A stretch of 64,000 nt of DNA. Origin: an uncultured Chloroflexota bacterium (GTDB taxonomy: Bacteria > Chloroflexota > UBA6077 > CF-72). Positions 11,543 to 23,001 of the stretch are shown one piece after another (within the stretch, counting starts at the first letter, position 1; every line of letters begins with the position of its first letter). The translations under genes and the position numbers were made by a program. The DNA is taken from contig CAYSYM010000003.1 of the NCBI GenBank assembly GCA_964435115.1, forward strand, positions 66,421 through 130,420, given 5' to 3'. The notes under the pieces were generated by a model. The model saw nothing but the letters and a program-made list of their open reading frames with translations, had not been told where the DNA came from and searched no databases.

Positions 11543-12492
11543 TCGACTCGCGACTGCTGCATCTGTCGCACGAACACGAGGCTCAGCACGAAAACGACGG
11601 CGAAGATGACGTATGAAACGGCCGAGCCGAGACCCATGTCGTAGTTGCGGAAGCTGTAGCGATAGGTGGCGAGCGCGATGGTTTCGGTGGCGTTGCCTGG
11701 ACCACCGCCCGTCATGATGAAGATCGTGTCGAACTCACGCAGCGCGTCCATGCCGCGGATGATGAGCGCCACCAGGATGAGAGGCTTGAGCAGCGGAAGC
11801 GTCAGCCGAACGAATTTCTGCCAGGGATTCGCGCCGTCGACGTCCGCCGCCTCGTACAGCTCGGAAGGGAGCGACTGCATCCCCGCAAGAAACACGAGGA
11901 ACATGAACGGCGTGTTGCGCCAGATGTCGACGAGCATCACGGACACCAGCGCCAGCGACGGTGTGCCGATCCAGACCGGGCCCGGGAGTCCGACCGAACG
12001 GAGCAGGTAGTTCATGATGCCGAGGTCGCCGTGGAGGATGAACCGCCAGGTGAAGGCGACAACCGCAGGGGTCATGAACATCGGGATGAGCATGGCCGTG
12101 CGCAGGATGCCCTGGCCCCGCGTTAGGCCCGTGACGACCACGGCAAAGGCCATCCCGAGCACGAGCTCCACCGTGACGACGCCGACGCCATAGATGACCG
12201 TGGTTCTGAGCGAATCGGCGAACGTGGGATCGCGGAGCGCGCGCGCGTAGTTGGCGAACTGGTCGAAGTAGATGTTCCTCGGCTGCGTCAGGACGTAGTG
12301 GTAGAAGCTGACGCCGAACGAGAAGGTCAGCGGCACGACGATGACCGCGATCGTCGCCAGGAGCGCGGGGAGGAGAGCGGCGTAGTGGAACGGGACCAGG
12401 CCCGACACCCAATGGGTGAAGGCCGCCAACGGCCGGCGGGCCGGCCCACGTGGGCCGGCCCGTTCGCTCGCCACTAGCACGGGCTGGGACAT
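11539..12492 (-). CDS. Carbohydrate ABC transporter permease (MalF-like)
   Basis: 317-aa membrane protein with SELYEAADVDGA (EAA motif); 4-bp overlap with the downstream permease. Confidence 0.85.
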   Translation of the reverse strand: MSQPVLVASERAGPRGPARRPLAAFTHWVSGLVPFHYAALLPALLATIAVIVVPLTFSFGVSFYHYVLTQPRNIYFDQFANYARALRDPTFADSLRTTVIYGVGVVTVELVLGMAFAVVVTGLTRGQGILRTAMLIPMFMTPAVVAFTWRFILHGDLGIMNYLLRSVGLPGPVWIGTPSLALVSVMLVDIWRNTPFMFLVFLAGMQSLPSELYEAADVDGANPWQKFVRLTLPLLKPLILVALIIRGMDALREFDTIFIMTGGGPGNATETIALATYRYSFRNYDMGLGSAVSYVIFAVVFVLSLVFVRQMQQSRVE

Positions 12493-12502
12493 TGCTACGA
12501 CT

Positions 12503-13828
12503 TCAAGTCAAGTACTGCGCCATCTGCTCGTTCGCGGCCTTCACGGCGTCAGCCGTGCTCTTCTGGCCGGAGAGGACGGCCGTGGCCATGTCGACGATGA
12601 TAGTTTCCATCGCCAGCCAGTTCGGCGTCTGGGGGCGATTGCGGGAGGCCTCCAGGGCCTTGATCAGATCGGGCGCCCAGGGGTAGGTCATCTGGAAGTC
12701 CGCCGACTGGAGGACATCGTAGCGCGGGGAGTGGCCGCCGCCGTACTTGGTGAAGAGCTGGCTGCCCTCGGTGCCGTCCAGCCACTTGACCAGCTCCCAC
12801 GCGGCATCCCGCTGCTTGCTGCCCGTCGGGATGCCGAGCGTCCACACACCGCGCATGCCGTTGGGCACGCCGGCCCAGCCGACCTTGTCCGCGACCTTGG
12901 ACTTGCTGGGATCAGTGGCGTTCGGGCCGATGGAGGCCCAGTAGAAGACCATGGCCGCCTTGCCGTTGTAGAAGGCGTCGAGTTGCTCGGTCGGACCGTA
13001 GCCGAGGACGCCCTTCGGGGCGTAGTTGAGCAGGTCCTTGTACGTCTCCAGGGCCTTGGTGCCCTCCGGCGTGTTGAAGCCGAACTTCCCGTCTGAGGTG
13101 ATGATGTCCTGACCGAGGTTCCAGAGCAGGACGATCGAGGTCGTCGCGAGCTGGGCGTCCTTCTTCGCCGAGAGGGAGATGCCCGCGACGTCACTCGCCA
13201 GATCGTTCAGCTTCTGGGCGTCGCCGATGATCTCCGCCATCGTCGTCGGCGCGCTCAGCCCCTTGGCCTGGTAGAGGTCCTTGCGGTACCAGAGCATCAT
13301 CACGTTCGGGTCGAGCGGCATGGCAACCCGCTGCTTGTCGATGACGCCGGCCTCAAGCGCCTTGGGCACGAAGGGCTTGATGTCGAAATTGTCGCGCTTG
13401 ATCAGGTCATCTAGGTTGACGAGGTAGGAAGACAGGCCTGAGACCCACGGTTCGTCCATCATTGCCACGTCGTAGTCCGGGTTGCCGCTGGCGAAGGAGA
13501 CAGCCAGCTTGCCGGAGAGGTTGCTGGCAGGCAGCTTGTCAAGGGCTACCTTAATGCCGGTCTTCTTCTCGAAGTCGGGGATGGCCTTCTCGAGCGCATC
13601 ACCCTTGTAGTTGGCCAGCACGCCGAACTTGACCGTGGAGCCGGATAGCTTGCTGGCGGCGCGTGCCGCCTGCTGGCCGGTGGTCGGCTGCGAGGCGGTA
13701 GTCGCCGCCGGGGCGGCGGGCTGCGACGCAGGCTGGGCACAGGCAGACAGTGCCAGCCCGGCCGCAATCAGAGTGAAGCCGCGTAGGGCCTCTCGGCGCG
13801 TTAGGGAGGGCGAATGCAGTTCGCACAT
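12503..13828 (-). CDS. Extracellular solute-binding protein, family 1 (sugar ABC transporter); lipoprotein
   Basis: 441 aa, N-terminal RREALRGFTLIAAGLALSAC lipobox/TAT-like signal, followed by a low-complexity linker. Confidence 0.85.
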   Translation of the reverse strand: MCELHSPSLTRREALRGFTLIAAGLALSACAQPASQPAAPAATTASQPTTGQQAARAASKLSGSTVKFGVLANYKGDALEKAIPDFEKKTGIKVALDKLPASNLSGKLAVSFASGNPDYDVAMMDEPWVSGLSSYLVNLDDLIKRDNFDIKPFVPKALEAGVIDKQRVAMPLDPNVMMLWYRKDLYQAKGLSAPTTMAEIIGDAQKLNDLASDVAGISLSAKKDAQLATTSIVLLWNLGQDIITSDGKFGFNTPEGTKALETYKDLLNYAPKGVLGYGPTEQLDAFYNGKAAMVFYWASIGPNATDPSKSKVADKVGWAGVPNGMRGVWTLGIPTGSKQRDAAWELVKWLDGTEGSQLFTKYGGGHSPRYDVLQSADFQMTYPWAPDLIKALEASRNRPQTPNWLAMETIIVDMATAVLSGQKSTADAVKAANEQMAQYLT

Positions 13829-13929
13829 GAGATTTCTCCTCTTGAACTCGCGTGCCGGATTTCGGGCGTAGCTCTCCTCAAGAATCGAGCCGTCTCAAGA
13901 GAAACGCGGCCGGACCGGTATGGCGGACT

Positions 13930-15867
13930 TCACGTGTTCGAACCTCGGGGAATCCAGACACGCATAGCCCCGGCCCCTCTGTTCGCCCAAGCGTAGTAGG
14001 GGATGGCAACGAGGTCCGTAGGCGCGCGGATCCCATCGCCCACCCGGTCCGCCCGCTCGTAGAGATGCCCCTGCCAGGCGCTGGAATCTCGGGCGAATCC
14101 CCGTGCTTTGATCTGCACGAGCCCGCCCAGAAGGTCGGACCGCCAGACCGACTCGAGCGGGCCTCGTGGATCGAGCTCCAGGTCCAGGACGTGGTTCGAG
14201 CCCTGGTCGGCCTGTTCGATGCAGTACACGATCGGACCGCGTTCGATGGCCAGGTGGCCACGCGAGGACTCGATACGCGGATGGGGAGCGATGAGCCACG
14301 GGCCCATGTCCAGCCGCATCTCCACGCGGTCGCCCGTCTGCCAGGTCCGCGTAAGGCTGACGTAGGTGTTGGGCCGAGGCTCCGCTCCGGCCGGCGAGCC
14401 GTTGACGTCGATCTCGGTGCCTTCCGCCCACGACGGGATCCGCAGGGACACCGTGAAACTGCCCGCCGGCGCTTCTTCGATCCGCAGCACGACTCTTCCG
14501 TCCCAGGGATGGTCCGTCTCGACGCAGGCCACGACTCGCCCGCCGGCAGCGGTCTCGGCGGCGAGGCGGATGGGCGCATACTGGTGGATCTGCACGCCGT
14601 CGTCGCCGGAAGTCGCGAAGAAGTCGTCGAGAGACGCGAGCGTGCGCATGACGTTCGGCGGGCAGCAGGCGACCTGGTGCCACTCCATGCGCTCCGGAGT
14701 GGTGCGGCTCAGGACTTCGGCGGAGCCCTGGCTGGTCAGCGGGTTGACGTAGAAGAAGCGGCTGCCGTCGAGCGAGACGCCGCTGAGGAAGCCGTTGAAG
14801 AACGCGCGCTCCATGAGGTCCGCAAAGCGGGCCTCGCCGGTCGCGAGCAGCATGCGCCAGTTCCAGTGGATGCTGCCGATGGTGGCGCACGTCTCGCAGT
14901 AAGCGGCCTCGCTGGGCAGCTCGTAGGGCTGGCCGAAGGCCTCACCGAGGTGGCGCGAGCCGAGGCCGCCGGTGATGTACATCTTGCCCGCCACCATGTC
15001 CTGCCACTGGCGCTCGAGCGCGTCGAGGAGCGTGCGGTCTCCCGTTTCCAGGTAGATGTCGGCGACACCCGTGGCCAGGTACATGGCGCGTACGGCGTGG
15101 CCCTCGAGCGTCGACGCTTCGCGGACGGGCACGCGATCCTGGTAGTACGCGCTGCTGTTGTAGCGGCCGGGCCCGAGGAGACCGTGGCCGCGCTGTTGTA
15201 CCAGGAACTGGGCCAGGCGCAGGTAGCGGGCCTCGCCCGTCTCTCGGTAGAGCTCGACTAGCGCCATTTCGATCTCCGGATGGCCCGGCGTGGCGATCCG
15301 TCTTCCGGGACCGAAGGTGGCGTCGATGTGGTCGGCCAGGCGTCGCGCCACCTGGAGAAGCCGGTCGTCGCGCCTCGCGCGGTGGACGGCGACCGCCGCC
15401 TGGAACAGGTGGCCCGCGCAGTACATCTCGTGGCCGTGAGCGATGTCCGTCCAGCGGTTCTCAGGTTCCGCCACGGTGTAATAGGAGTTGAGGTAGCCGT
15501 CGTTCTGTTGGGCGGCCCGGACCAGCTCGATGACGTCGTCCGCCGTCTGCTGCCATTGCGGCGCCGGGCGGCGCATCATCTCGTACGCCAACGCCTCGAG
15601 CCACTTGTAGACGTCCGAGTCCATGAAGACTGGGCCTTGGTAGTGGCCCTGGACCCGACCAGCGGCGATCCGCAGGTTGGAGAGATTCCCAGCCTGCTCG
15701 AGCATGCGATAACCGTGAGCGAGACCGACGTCGCGGTTCACGCTCTGGCGCCGCGCCCAGAACCCGCCCTGGATGGTCACAGCGCGCGAGGGCAAGGCCT
15801 GCCAGCGAGCGTAGGGGCTCTTCCGCACATCGACCGCTCCCGTGGTCTGGGCCGTTTCAACCGCCAT
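13930..15867 (-). CDS. GH127 beta-L-arabinofuranosidase (DUF1680/HypBA1-like)
   Basis: HGHEMYCAGHL and CCPPNVMR, with Cys-rich zinc/catalytic motifs. I place the start at MAVETAQ (ATG 15867); the 5' extension of the ORF is rejected. Confidence 0.8.
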   Translation of the reverse strand: MAVETAQTTGAVDVRKSPYARWQALPSRAVTIQGGFWARRQSVNRDVGLAHGYRMLEQAGNLSNLRIAAGRVQGHYQGPVFMDSDVYKWLEALAYEMMRRPAPQWQQTADDVIELVRAAQQNDGYLNSYYTVAEPENRWTDIAHGHEMYCAGHLFQAAVAVHRARRDDRLLQVARRLADHIDATFGPGRRIATPGHPEIEMALVELYRETGEARYLRLAQFLVQQRGHGLLGPGRYNSSAYYQDRVPVREASTLEGHAVRAMYLATGVADIYLETGDRTLLDALERQWQDMVAGKMYITGGLGSRHLGEAFGQPYELPSEAAYCETCATIGSIHWNWRMLLATGEARFADLMERAFFNGFLSGVSLDGSRFFYVNPLTSQGSAEVLSRTTPERMEWHQVACCPPNVMRTLASLDDFFATSGDDGVQIHQYAPIRLAAETAAGGRVVACVETDHPWDGRVVLRIEEAPAGSFTVSLRIPSWAEGTEIDVNGSPAGAEPRPNTYVSLTRTWQTGDRVEMRLDMGPWLIAPHPRIESSRGHLAIERGPIVYCIEQADQGSNHVLDLELDPRGPLESVWRSDLLGGLVQIKARGFARDSSAWQGHLYERADRVGDGIRAPTDLVAIPYYAWANRGAGAMRVWIPRGSNT

Positions 15868-15994
15868 TCCGGTCTTCTTCCGCGCGCGATGTGTGGACCG
15901 CCACCCCAGGCACTTTCCGACCTTGCCCTCCCGGGCTTCGAGCCGCGGCAACCTCGGGGGACCCGCTAGCCAGCGGCCGGTCTCCCCGGTGAGC

Positions 15995-16030
15995 CACGCG
16001 ATGAATACGTATGCTACCATCCGTATGCAG
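15995..16030. promoter_or_regulatory. Candidate LacI-family operator in the divergent GH127/LacI intergenic region
   Basis: gaATACGTATgctaccatcCGTATGCagcatgg: an 8-bp perfect palindrome ATACGTAT with a central CG, plus a direct repeat of CGTATGC. Confidence 0.25.
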
Positions 16031-16136
16031 CATGGTCAAGGATGCCCGAACCATGACACCACACCGCCGGGCGTCTCGTGTTTCGCCAGACGGCAGGCCC
16101 CCGCCCCGTGCCGATGCCACGGCACGTCCGCTGACG

Positions 16137-17147
16137 ATGCGGCAGATCGGTCAGCTCGCAGGCGTCTCGCAGAGCACGGTCTCGCGCGTACTGAGCGGTG
16201 CCCCTTTGAGCATCCCGGTCTCACCCGAGACGCGTGAGCGCATTCTGAATGTCGTGAGCGAACTCGGTTATGTGCCGAATCCCCTGGCGCGCGCGCTGCG
16301 CGGGGCGCGAACGGCCCTCGTCGGCTTGATCGTGCGCGACATTGAGGATCCGTTCTTCGCCATGGCGATCGCGGCCATTACGGCTGAGGCGCGGCGGCAT
16401 CACTACAACGTTGTCCTCGGGCATGCCGGGAGCAGTGGTCACCAGGCGGTGGCGCTGCGCGAGGTCCTGGAGACCGGCCACTGTGACGGCAGCATCTTGC
16501 TCGGCGACCTGCGAGATCAGGCGACGCTGTGGGCGGACCTCACCCGGCGCCCGATGCCGCTCGTTGGCCTCTGGCAAGGCGCACGCGCGCCCCAGATCCC
16601 GGTGGTCAACGTCGACAACCGCCAGGGCATCTATCTCGCGCTCGAGTACCTGCTCGGGCTCGGGCATCGCCGCATCGCCTTCATCCAAGGCGGTCGGACC
16701 GGGGACGGTCTCGAGCGGCGGGACGCCTACGTCAGGTTTCTCCGCGAGCACGAGCTCACCGTCCCTGACGGATACGTTCGCGTCGCGTCGAACACATTCG
16801 CGGAGGGCGCCGCGACCATGCGGGACCTCGCCACGCTTCGCGAGCCGCCGACGGCCGTGCTTGCCTCCACCGATGTCATGGCAGTCGGCGCCTTGAGCGC
16901 CGCGTCACAGATCGGGCTGCGTGTCCCGTCGGATCTTTCTGTGGTCGGGTTCGACGACATTCCGCTCACCGCGTTCACGGTCCCCGCTCTGACGACCGTC
17001 CATCAGCCCATGGGGCAGATCGCCCGGCTGGCGGTCGACATGCTCCTCCAATCACTTGATGGGGCGCCCCACAGCCGCGCCCGACGGCGCTTGGTCGAGC
17101 CGTCGCTGGTGGTCCGCCAGTCCTGTGCGCCCCCTCGCTTGACGTGA
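16137..17147 (+). CDS. LacI-family transcriptional regulator (likely arabinose/arabinan repressor)
   Basis: [24 protein letters not shown], then a periplasmic-binding-fold effector domain. Divergent from GH127 and upstream of araBDA. Confidence 0.8.
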   Translation: MRQIGQLAGVSQSTVSRVLSGAPLSIPVSPETRERILNVVSELGYVPNPLARALRGARTALVGLIVRDIEDPFFAMAIAAITAEARRHHYNVVLGHAGSSGHQAVALREVLETGHCDGSILLGDLRDQATLWADLTRRPMPLVGLWQGARAPQIPVVNVDNRQGIYLALEYLLGLGHRRIAFIQGGRTGDGLERRDAYVRFLREHELTVPDGYVRVASNTFAEGAATMRDLATLREPPTAVLASTDVMAVGALSAASQIGLRVPSDLSVVGFDDIPLTAFTVPALTTVHQPMGQIARLAVDMLLQSLDGAPHSRARRRLVEPSLVVRQSCAPPRLT

Positions 17148-17151
17148 AGGT

Positions 17152-18927
17152 GTGTCTGAGATGTCCAACCCAACGTCACGGCCCCGGTTCGCCCTGGGCG
17201 TCGATTTCGGCACCGAGTCCGGCCGCGCCGTCCTCGTCGACGTCCGCACCGGAGAGGAGCGCGCCTCCGCGGTGTACCGCTACGCCAACGGCGTGATCGA
17301 CGAGACCCTGCCCTCCAGCGGCGCGCCGTTGCCGCCTGAGTGGGCCCTCCAGGATCCCGCCGACTATGTGCGCACGCTGACGCACGCCATCCCGGCAGTC
17401 CTGCGCCAGGCGGGTGTGGATGGCCAGGACATGATCGGGCTGGGTATCGACTTCACCGCCTGCACCATGCTGCCCGTGCTGGCTGACGGCCGGGCCCTCT
17501 GCTTCGAGGAGCGTTTCCGCGCCGAGCCGCACGCCTGGGTCAAGCTGTGGAAGCACCACGCGGCCCAGCCAGAGGCCGACCGCGTGAACCACGTTGCGCA
17601 GGAGCGCGGCGAGACGTTCCTCGCCCGCTACGGCGGCAAGATCTCGTCCGAGTGGCTCATCCCGAAGATCCTGCAGATCCTCCGCGAAGCCCCACACGTC
17701 TACCGCGCGGCCGATCGTTTCATGGAGGCGGCCGATTGGGTCATCCTCCAGCTCACCGGCCTGGAGTGCCGCAATGCGTGCACCGCCGGCTACAAGGCCC
17801 TGTGGAACAAAGCGGCCGGCTACCCCTCGCCCGACTACTTCGCTGCGCTCCACCCGGACCTGCGCAACGTCGTGGCCGAGAAGCTGGCCACGGACATCTA
17901 CCCGCAGGGCCAGCGCGCCGGCGGTCTCACGCCCGGGATGGCCACGCAGCTCGGCCTGCGCCCGGGGACCGCCGTCGCCGTGGCGAACGTCGACGCCCAC
18001 GTCTCGGTCCCCGCCTGCACCGTGACCGAGCCGGGCAAGATGGTCATGGTGATGGGGACCTCCATCTGCCACGTGGTGCTCGGGACGGAGCAGCGCCTGG
18101 TGCCGGGCATGTGTGGCGTGGTTGAGGACGGCGTGCTGCCCGGATACTTCGGCTACGAGGCCGGCCAGTCGGCGGTGGGCGACATCTTCGCCTGGTTCCT
18201 GGACACCTGCGTGCCGCCCGCTCACCGGGCAGAGGCGGCGCAGCGGGGGCTCGATATCCACACGCTGCTGATGGAGAAGGCCGCCCGGCTGAAGCCGGGC
18301 CAGACCGGACTGCTGGCGCTCGACTGGTGGAATGGGAACCGCTCGATCCTCGTGGACGTCGACCTCACCGGCCTGCTGCTCGGCGCCACGCTGAACACGA
18401 AACCCGCGGAGATCTACCGCGCCCTCATCGAAGCTACGGCGTTCGGCACCAATCTCATCATCCGCAACTTCGGCGAGCACGGGGTACCGGTGGACGAGTT
18501 GTACGCCTGCGGCGGCCTGCCCGAGCGGAACCCCCTGCTCATGCAGATCTATGCGGACGTGACCGGTATGCAGATCAAGCTGTCGGCTTCGAGCCAGACT
18601 CCCGCCTTCGGGTCGGCGATGTTCGGCGCCCTCGCCGCAGGCTCGGCGGCCGGTGGGTACGACGACATCGTCGAGGCGGCGCGCTGCATGGCGCACCTGA
18701 AGAAGGAGGCGTACCACCCCAACCCGGACGCGCACGCAGTCTACCAGCGGCTGTACGCCGAGTACGTCCGTCTCCACGACTACTTCGGACGGGGCGAGAA
18801 CAACGTGATGAAGCGGCTCCTGGAGATCCGCGATCGAGCGATCGGCAGCACGTCGAACCCGGACACGAGCCTTGGGGTTGAAGCGAAAGCGGCCGGCTTT
18901 TCGGGCGTCGGAACAGCGGGAGCGTAG
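17152..18927 (+). CDS. araB: L-ribulokinase
   Basis: 591 aa; strong similarity to E. coli AraB remembered ([26 protein letters not shown]). Confidence 0.9.
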   Translation: MSEMSNPTSRPRFALGVDFGTESGRAVLVDVRTGEERASAVYRYANGVIDETLPSSGAPLPPEWALQDPADYVRTLTHAIPAVLRQAGVDGQDMIGLGIDFTACTMLPVLADGRALCFEERFRAEPHAWVKLWKHHAAQPEADRVNHVAQERGETFLARYGGKISSEWLIPKILQILREAPHVYRAADRFMEAADWVILQLTGLECRNACTAGYKALWNKAAGYPSPDYFAALHPDLRNVVAEKLATDIYPQGQRAGGLTPGMATQLGLRPGTAVAVANVDAHVSVPACTVTEPGKMVMVMGTSICHVVLGTEQRLVPGMCGVVEDGVLPGYFGYEAGQSAVGDIFAWFLDTCVPPAHRAEAAQRGLDIHTLLMEKAARLKPGQTGLLALDWWNGNRSILVDVDLTGLLLGATLNTKPAEIYRALIEATAFGTNLIIRNFGEHGVPVDELYACGGLPERNPLLMQIYADVTGMQIKLSASSQTPAFGSAMFGALAAGSAAGGYDDIVEAARCMAHLKKEAYHPNPDAHAVYQRLYAEYVRLHDYFGRGENNVMKRLLEIRDRAIGSTSNPDTSLGVEAKAAGFSGVGTAGA

Positions 18928-18931
18928 CCGC

Positions 18932-19588
18932 GTGCTGTGCGAAAAGCTGCGCCGCGACGTGTGCGCCATGAACCTGGAGCTCCCGCGCCAGGGCCTGGTC
19001 ACCTGGACGAGCGGCAACGTCAGCGGCCGGGATTCCGAGACCGGGTATGTGGTCATCAAGCCGAGCGGCGTCCGCTACGACGACCTGGCCCCTGAGAATA
19101 TGGTGGTGGTGAACCTCGAGGAGAACGTCGTCGAAGGTCCGCTGCGGCCCTCGGTCGACACCGCCACCCACCTGTACGTCTACCGCCACCGCCCGGACGT
19201 GGGGGGAATCGTCCATACGCACTCCCCGTATGCCACGAGCTTTGCCCTGCTCGGCCAATCGATCCCTGTGTACTTGACAGCGATGGCGGACGAATTCGGC
19301 ACCGAGATCCCATGCGGCGCGTACTGCGAGATCGGCGGCGAGGCGATCGGGCAGGAGATCGTGCGATCGATTGGCGGGTCAGTGTCCATCCTGATCAAGA
19401 GCCACGGCGTCTTCACCATCGGCGCCAGCCCGAGCGCTGCCGTCAAAGCGGCGGTCATGACCGAGGACGTCGCCAAGACAGTCCACCTGGCTCTGCTGCG
19501 CGGCACGCCCGAGCCACTCCCGCCCGACGAGGTCGTCCGCGCCCACCGCGTCTACCTCGAGTACTACGGCCAACCATCGCGGCGCTGA
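18932..19588 (+). CDS. araD: L-ribulose-5-phosphate 4-epimerase
   Basis: Matches AraD ([26 protein letters not shown]). GTG start at 18932, 9 nt after GGGAG, immediately after the araB stop. Confidence 0.85.
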   Translation: MLCEKLRRDVCAMNLELPRQGLVTWTSGNVSGRDSETGYVVIKPSGVRYDDLAPENMVVVNLEENVVEGPLRPSVDTATHLYVYRHRPDVGGIVHTHSPYATSFALLGQSIPVYLTAMADEFGTEIPCGAYCEIGGEAIGQEIVRSIGGSVSILIKSHGVFTIGASPSAAVKAAVMTEDVAKTVHLALLRGTPEPLPPDEVVRAHRVYLEYYGQPSRR

Positions 19589-19619
19589 GCCGCGCCCGCT
19601 TCCCGCACGGAGCCCCTGT

Positions 19620-21125
19620 ATGGAAGACCTCAAGCAGTACGAAGTCTGGTTCGTCACCGGCAGCCAGAACCTGTACGGCGAGCAGACGCTGGCCCAGGTG
19701 GCGGAGCACGCGCGACAGATCGCTCGGGCGCTATCCGACGCGCCCAGGATGCCCGTACGCGTGGTCTTCAAGCCCGTCCTCACGACCCCCGAGGCGATCC
19801 GCCAGGTGTGCCTGGAGGCGAACGCCGCCCGGGACTGCGTCGGCGTGATCGCCTGGATGCACACCTTTTCGCCGGCCAAGATGTGGATCAGCGGTCTGCA
19901 GGCCCTCCAGCAGCCGCTCGTCCACCTGCACACGCAGTTCAATCGCGAGATTGCCTGGTCCAGCATCGACATGGACTTCATGAACCTCAACCAGTCGGCC
20001 CACGGCGACCGAGAGTTCGGGTTCATCGTCACCCGCCTGCGGAAGAACCGGAAGGTGGTCGTCGGCCACTGGCAGGACCCCGACGTGCTCGAGCGACTGG
20101 ATGTCTGGGCCCGCGCCGCGTGCGCCTGGTACGACGCCCAGGAGTTGAAGGTCGCCCGCTTCGGCGACAACATGCGCCAGGTGGCGGTCACCGAGGCGGA
20201 CAAGGTCGAGGCGGAGGTGCGGCTCGGTTTTGCCGTCAACGGCTACGGCGTGGAGGACCTCGCGTGCCTGGTGAACGCCACCCCCGACGCCGAGGTTGAC
20301 CGCCTGGTGGCCGAGTACGACGACAGGTACGCGATGGCGCCCGCGCTGCGGCAGGGTGGTCCCCGCCGCGAGTCGCTGCGCGACGCCGCCCGCATCGAGC
20401 TCGGTCTGCGCCGCTTCCTCGACGATGGCGGCTTCAAGGCATTCACGGACACCTTCGAGAACCTCCACGGCCTGAAGCAGTTGCCGGGCATCGCCGCCCA
20501 GCGCCTGATGGCGGATGGCTACGGCTTCGGCGCCGAGGGGGATTGGAAGACCGCCGCGCTCGTCCGCCTGATGAAGGTGATGAGCGCCGGGCTGACGGGC
20601 GGGACGTCGTTCATGGAGGACTACACCTACCACTTCGACCCGGACGGCGCGAAGGTGCTCGGCGCCCACATGCTCGAAGTGTGCCCCAGCATCGCCGGCG
20701 CCACGCCCTCCTGCGAGATTCACCCGCTGTCGATCGGCGGCAAGGAGGATCCGGTGCGCCTCGTCTTCACCGCCCCGCCCGGCCCCGGCATCGTCGCGGG
20801 CCTGCTCGACATGGGCACGCGCTTCCGCCTGGTGGCCAACGTCATCGACGTCGTCCCACCCGACGAGGCGCTGCCCAGGCTGCCCGTCGCGCGGGCGCTG
20901 TGGCGGCCTCGGCCCGACCTCAAGACCTCGGCCGAAGCCTGGATCCTGGCCGGTGCTCCGCACCACACCAGCTTCAGCCAGGCTCTCACCGCGGAGCACC
21001 TGGAGGACTTCGCCGAGATCGCGGGCATCGAGCTGCTGGTGATCGATGAGCGCACGCGCGTTTCCACCTTCAAGAAGGAGCTACGCTGGAACCAGGGCTT
21101 CTACCACCTCGCAAGCGGTCCCTAA
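19620..21125 (+). CDS. araA: L-arabinose isomerase
   Basis: 501 aa, near-colinear with E. coli AraA ([47 protein letters not shown]). Confidence 0.95.
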   Translation: MEDLKQYEVWFVTGSQNLYGEQTLAQVAEHARQIARALSDAPRMPVRVVFKPVLTTPEAIRQVCLEANAARDCVGVIAWMHTFSPAKMWISGLQALQQPLVHLHTQFNREIAWSSIDMDFMNLNQSAHGDREFGFIVTRLRKNRKVVVGHWQDPDVLERLDVWARAACAWYDAQELKVARFGDNMRQVAVTEADKVEAEVRLGFAVNGYGVEDLACLVNATPDAEVDRLVAEYDDRYAMAPALRQGGPRRESLRDAARIELGLRRFLDDGGFKAFTDTFENLHGLKQLPGIAAQRLMADGYGFGAEGDWKTAALVRLMKVMSAGLTGGTSFMEDYTYHFDPDGAKVLGAHMLEVCPSIAGATPSCEIHPLSIGGKEDPVRLVFTAPPGPGIVAGLLDMGTRFRLVANVIDVVPPDEALPRLPVARALWRPRPDLKTSAEAWILAGAPHHTSFSQALTAEHLEDFAEIAGIELLVIDERTRVSTFKKELRWNQGFYHLASGP

Positions 21126-21297
21126 CCCCAAAGACCAGTCGCAACGGTCGGGGTGGGCCCGGCGGGAGGCCGCCTTCCTGCACCTTCTGGTCGCGCGCCC
21201 GAGTGCAAGAGCACGCTCGGGAACCAGACGTCAAGCTGGTAGCATGGCGCTCGCCGGCGAGCCGGCGGGTCTCAGGCTGGAGAGTGGCGTGGCGACG

Positions 21298-22335
21298 ATG
21301 AAGGCGCTGGTCTTGGACGAGTACGGCGGCCCCTTGCGGGTGGCGGAGGTCCCGCGCCCGGAGCCCGGCCCGGGCGAGGTCCGGGTCCGGGTCGAGGCGT
21401 GCGGCCTCGGGCTGACCGTGGCCAACATCATGGATGGGCGGCTGCGCGCGGGACCCCCGCGGCTCCCTCTCATTCCTGGCCACGAAGTCGCCGGAGTGGT
21501 CGAGGCGCCGGGCGAAGGCGTGGTCGAGCCACGGCCCGGCGACCGGGTCATTACCTCCTTCTACGTGACCTGCGGACGCTGCCGCTTCTGCCGCGCGGGC
21601 CGCGAGCCGCTCTGCGAGCGCTTCGGCGGCTACGTGGGCGCCGACAGGGACGGTGGCTACGCCGAGTACCTGGTCGTCCCCGCCGCCAACGCCCTGCCGC
21701 TGCCAGAGACGATCCCGTTCGTCGCGGCCACCGCCATCCCTGACGCCATCGGGACGCCCTTCCACGTCTGCCACACCCGGGCGCAGCTCCGCCCGGGCCA
21801 GCGTGTGCTCGTTACCGGCGCGGCGGGCGGCGTGGGCATCCACATGGTCCAGATGGCCCACCTCTTCGGCGCCGAGGTCGTGGCCGCCGACCTGGACGAG
21901 GAGCGCCTTCAGGGTGTGCGCGAGTATGGCGCCCAGCGGATCGTGCGCTTCCCGAGCCTGCCCCGCGATGCCAGCGGGCGCGTGGCCACCCTCGACTCGA
22001 AGGTCGATGTCGCCATCGACCTCGTCGGCACGGCCGAGACGCTGGCCTGGTGCTACGACTCGCTGGATCGCGGGGGCACGCTGGTGAACCTGACCACGCA
22101 CCGCGGCCTGGCCGAGCTGCCCGTGCCGCCGGCGAGCCTGGTCGTCAAGGAAGCCACCGTGATGGGCTCGCGCTACGTGGCGCGCTGGGAGCTGCTGCGA
22201 GCCATCGACCTGGTCGCCGGCGGACGGATCCGCCCTGTCGTGAGCGAGACGTGCTCGCTCGCGGAGGCGCCGGCGCTCTTCCAGAAACTGCGCGAGCAGC
22301 GCCTGCTGGGCCGCGGGGCGGTGATCCCCGGCTGA
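21298..22335 (+). CDS. Zinc-dependent alcohol dehydrogenase (MDR family)
   Basis: MKALVLDEYGG..., GHEVAGVV, a Cys-rich structural-Zn loop CGRCRFCRAGREPLC, and GAAGGVG. The upstream 84 aa of the ORF are rejected. Confidence 0.75.
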   Translation: MKALVLDEYGGPLRVAEVPRPEPGPGEVRVRVEACGLGLTVANIMDGRLRAGPPRLPLIPGHEVAGVVEAPGEGVVEPRPGDRVITSFYVTCGRCRFCRAGREPLCERFGGYVGADRDGGYAEYLVVPAANALPLPETIPFVAATAIPDAIGTPFHVCHTRAQLRPGQRVLVTGAAGGVGIHMVQMAHLFGAEVVAADLDEERLQGVREYGAQRIVRFPSLPRDASGRVATLDSKVDVAIDLVGTAETLAWCYDSLDRGGTLVNLTTHRGLAELPVPPASLVVKEATVMGSRYVARWELLRAIDLVAGGRIRPVVSETCSLAEAPALFQKLREQRLLGRGAVIPG

Positions 22336-22467
22336 GCGGCCTCGCCGCACCCGCCCGGCAGACCCCCGCCGCCTGCTCAGCCCGTGGGCCGACGTCTGGC
22401 GCGCAGCTGCGGCCCAGGGGCTTGAGCCCCCAGGCAACGAACGCGCAAAGCGCCTCGGCGGATCGGC

Positions 22468-22968
22468 TCAGGCCTTCAGCGGCGCGGCCGCGCCGTCCGG
22501 CTCCCGCGCGTCGCCGCGGAAGACCGGCTCGGTGAGCTCCAGCAGCCCCAGGTCCTTCATCAGCGCCCGGAACGTGCGCATCGCCTTGATCATGCGCGGC
22601 ATGCCCGCGTAGACCGCCGAGTGGAGGACGACCTCCTGGATCTCCCGCGGCGTGGCGCCCACCCGGAGAGCGGTGCGGATGTGGTTCGGCAGCTGCACCT
22701 GCTCGTCCAGCACGCAGCACTCGCCGATGATGATCAGCACCCGCGTCTTGTCATCCAGCACGCCACGGTTGTAGATGTGGTCGTAGATCCAGGTGAGCCA
22801 CCCCTGGGTCCAGGCTTGGTCCAGCTCGTCGAACTCCTCCACCATGCGCAGGAAGAACTCGCCCTGCAGGCGCATCCCCGTCTCGAGCGCCCGGTTGTTG
22901 TAGCGCTCGAAGAGCCGCCGCTTCTTCGCCGCGCGCGCGTCCAGGCCGGTCGGTTCAGTCGTCGTCAC
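22468..22968 (-). CDS. Carboxymuconolactone decarboxylase family (AhpD-like) protein
   Basis: 166 aa; CMD-fold hallmarks (GATPREIQEVVLHSAVYAGMP). Confidence 0.7.
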   Translation of the reverse strand: MTTTEPTGLDARAAKKRRLFERYNNRALETGMRLQGEFFLRMVEEFDELDQAWTQGWLTWIYDHIYNRGVLDDKTRVLIIIGECCVLDEQVQLPNHIRTALRVGATPREIQEVVLHSAVYAGMPRMIKAMRTFRALMKDLGLLELTEPVFRGDAREPDGAAAPLKA

Positions 22969-23001
22969 GCTGGTGCTCCTCTCCTCAGGTGGCAGACCCG
23001 G

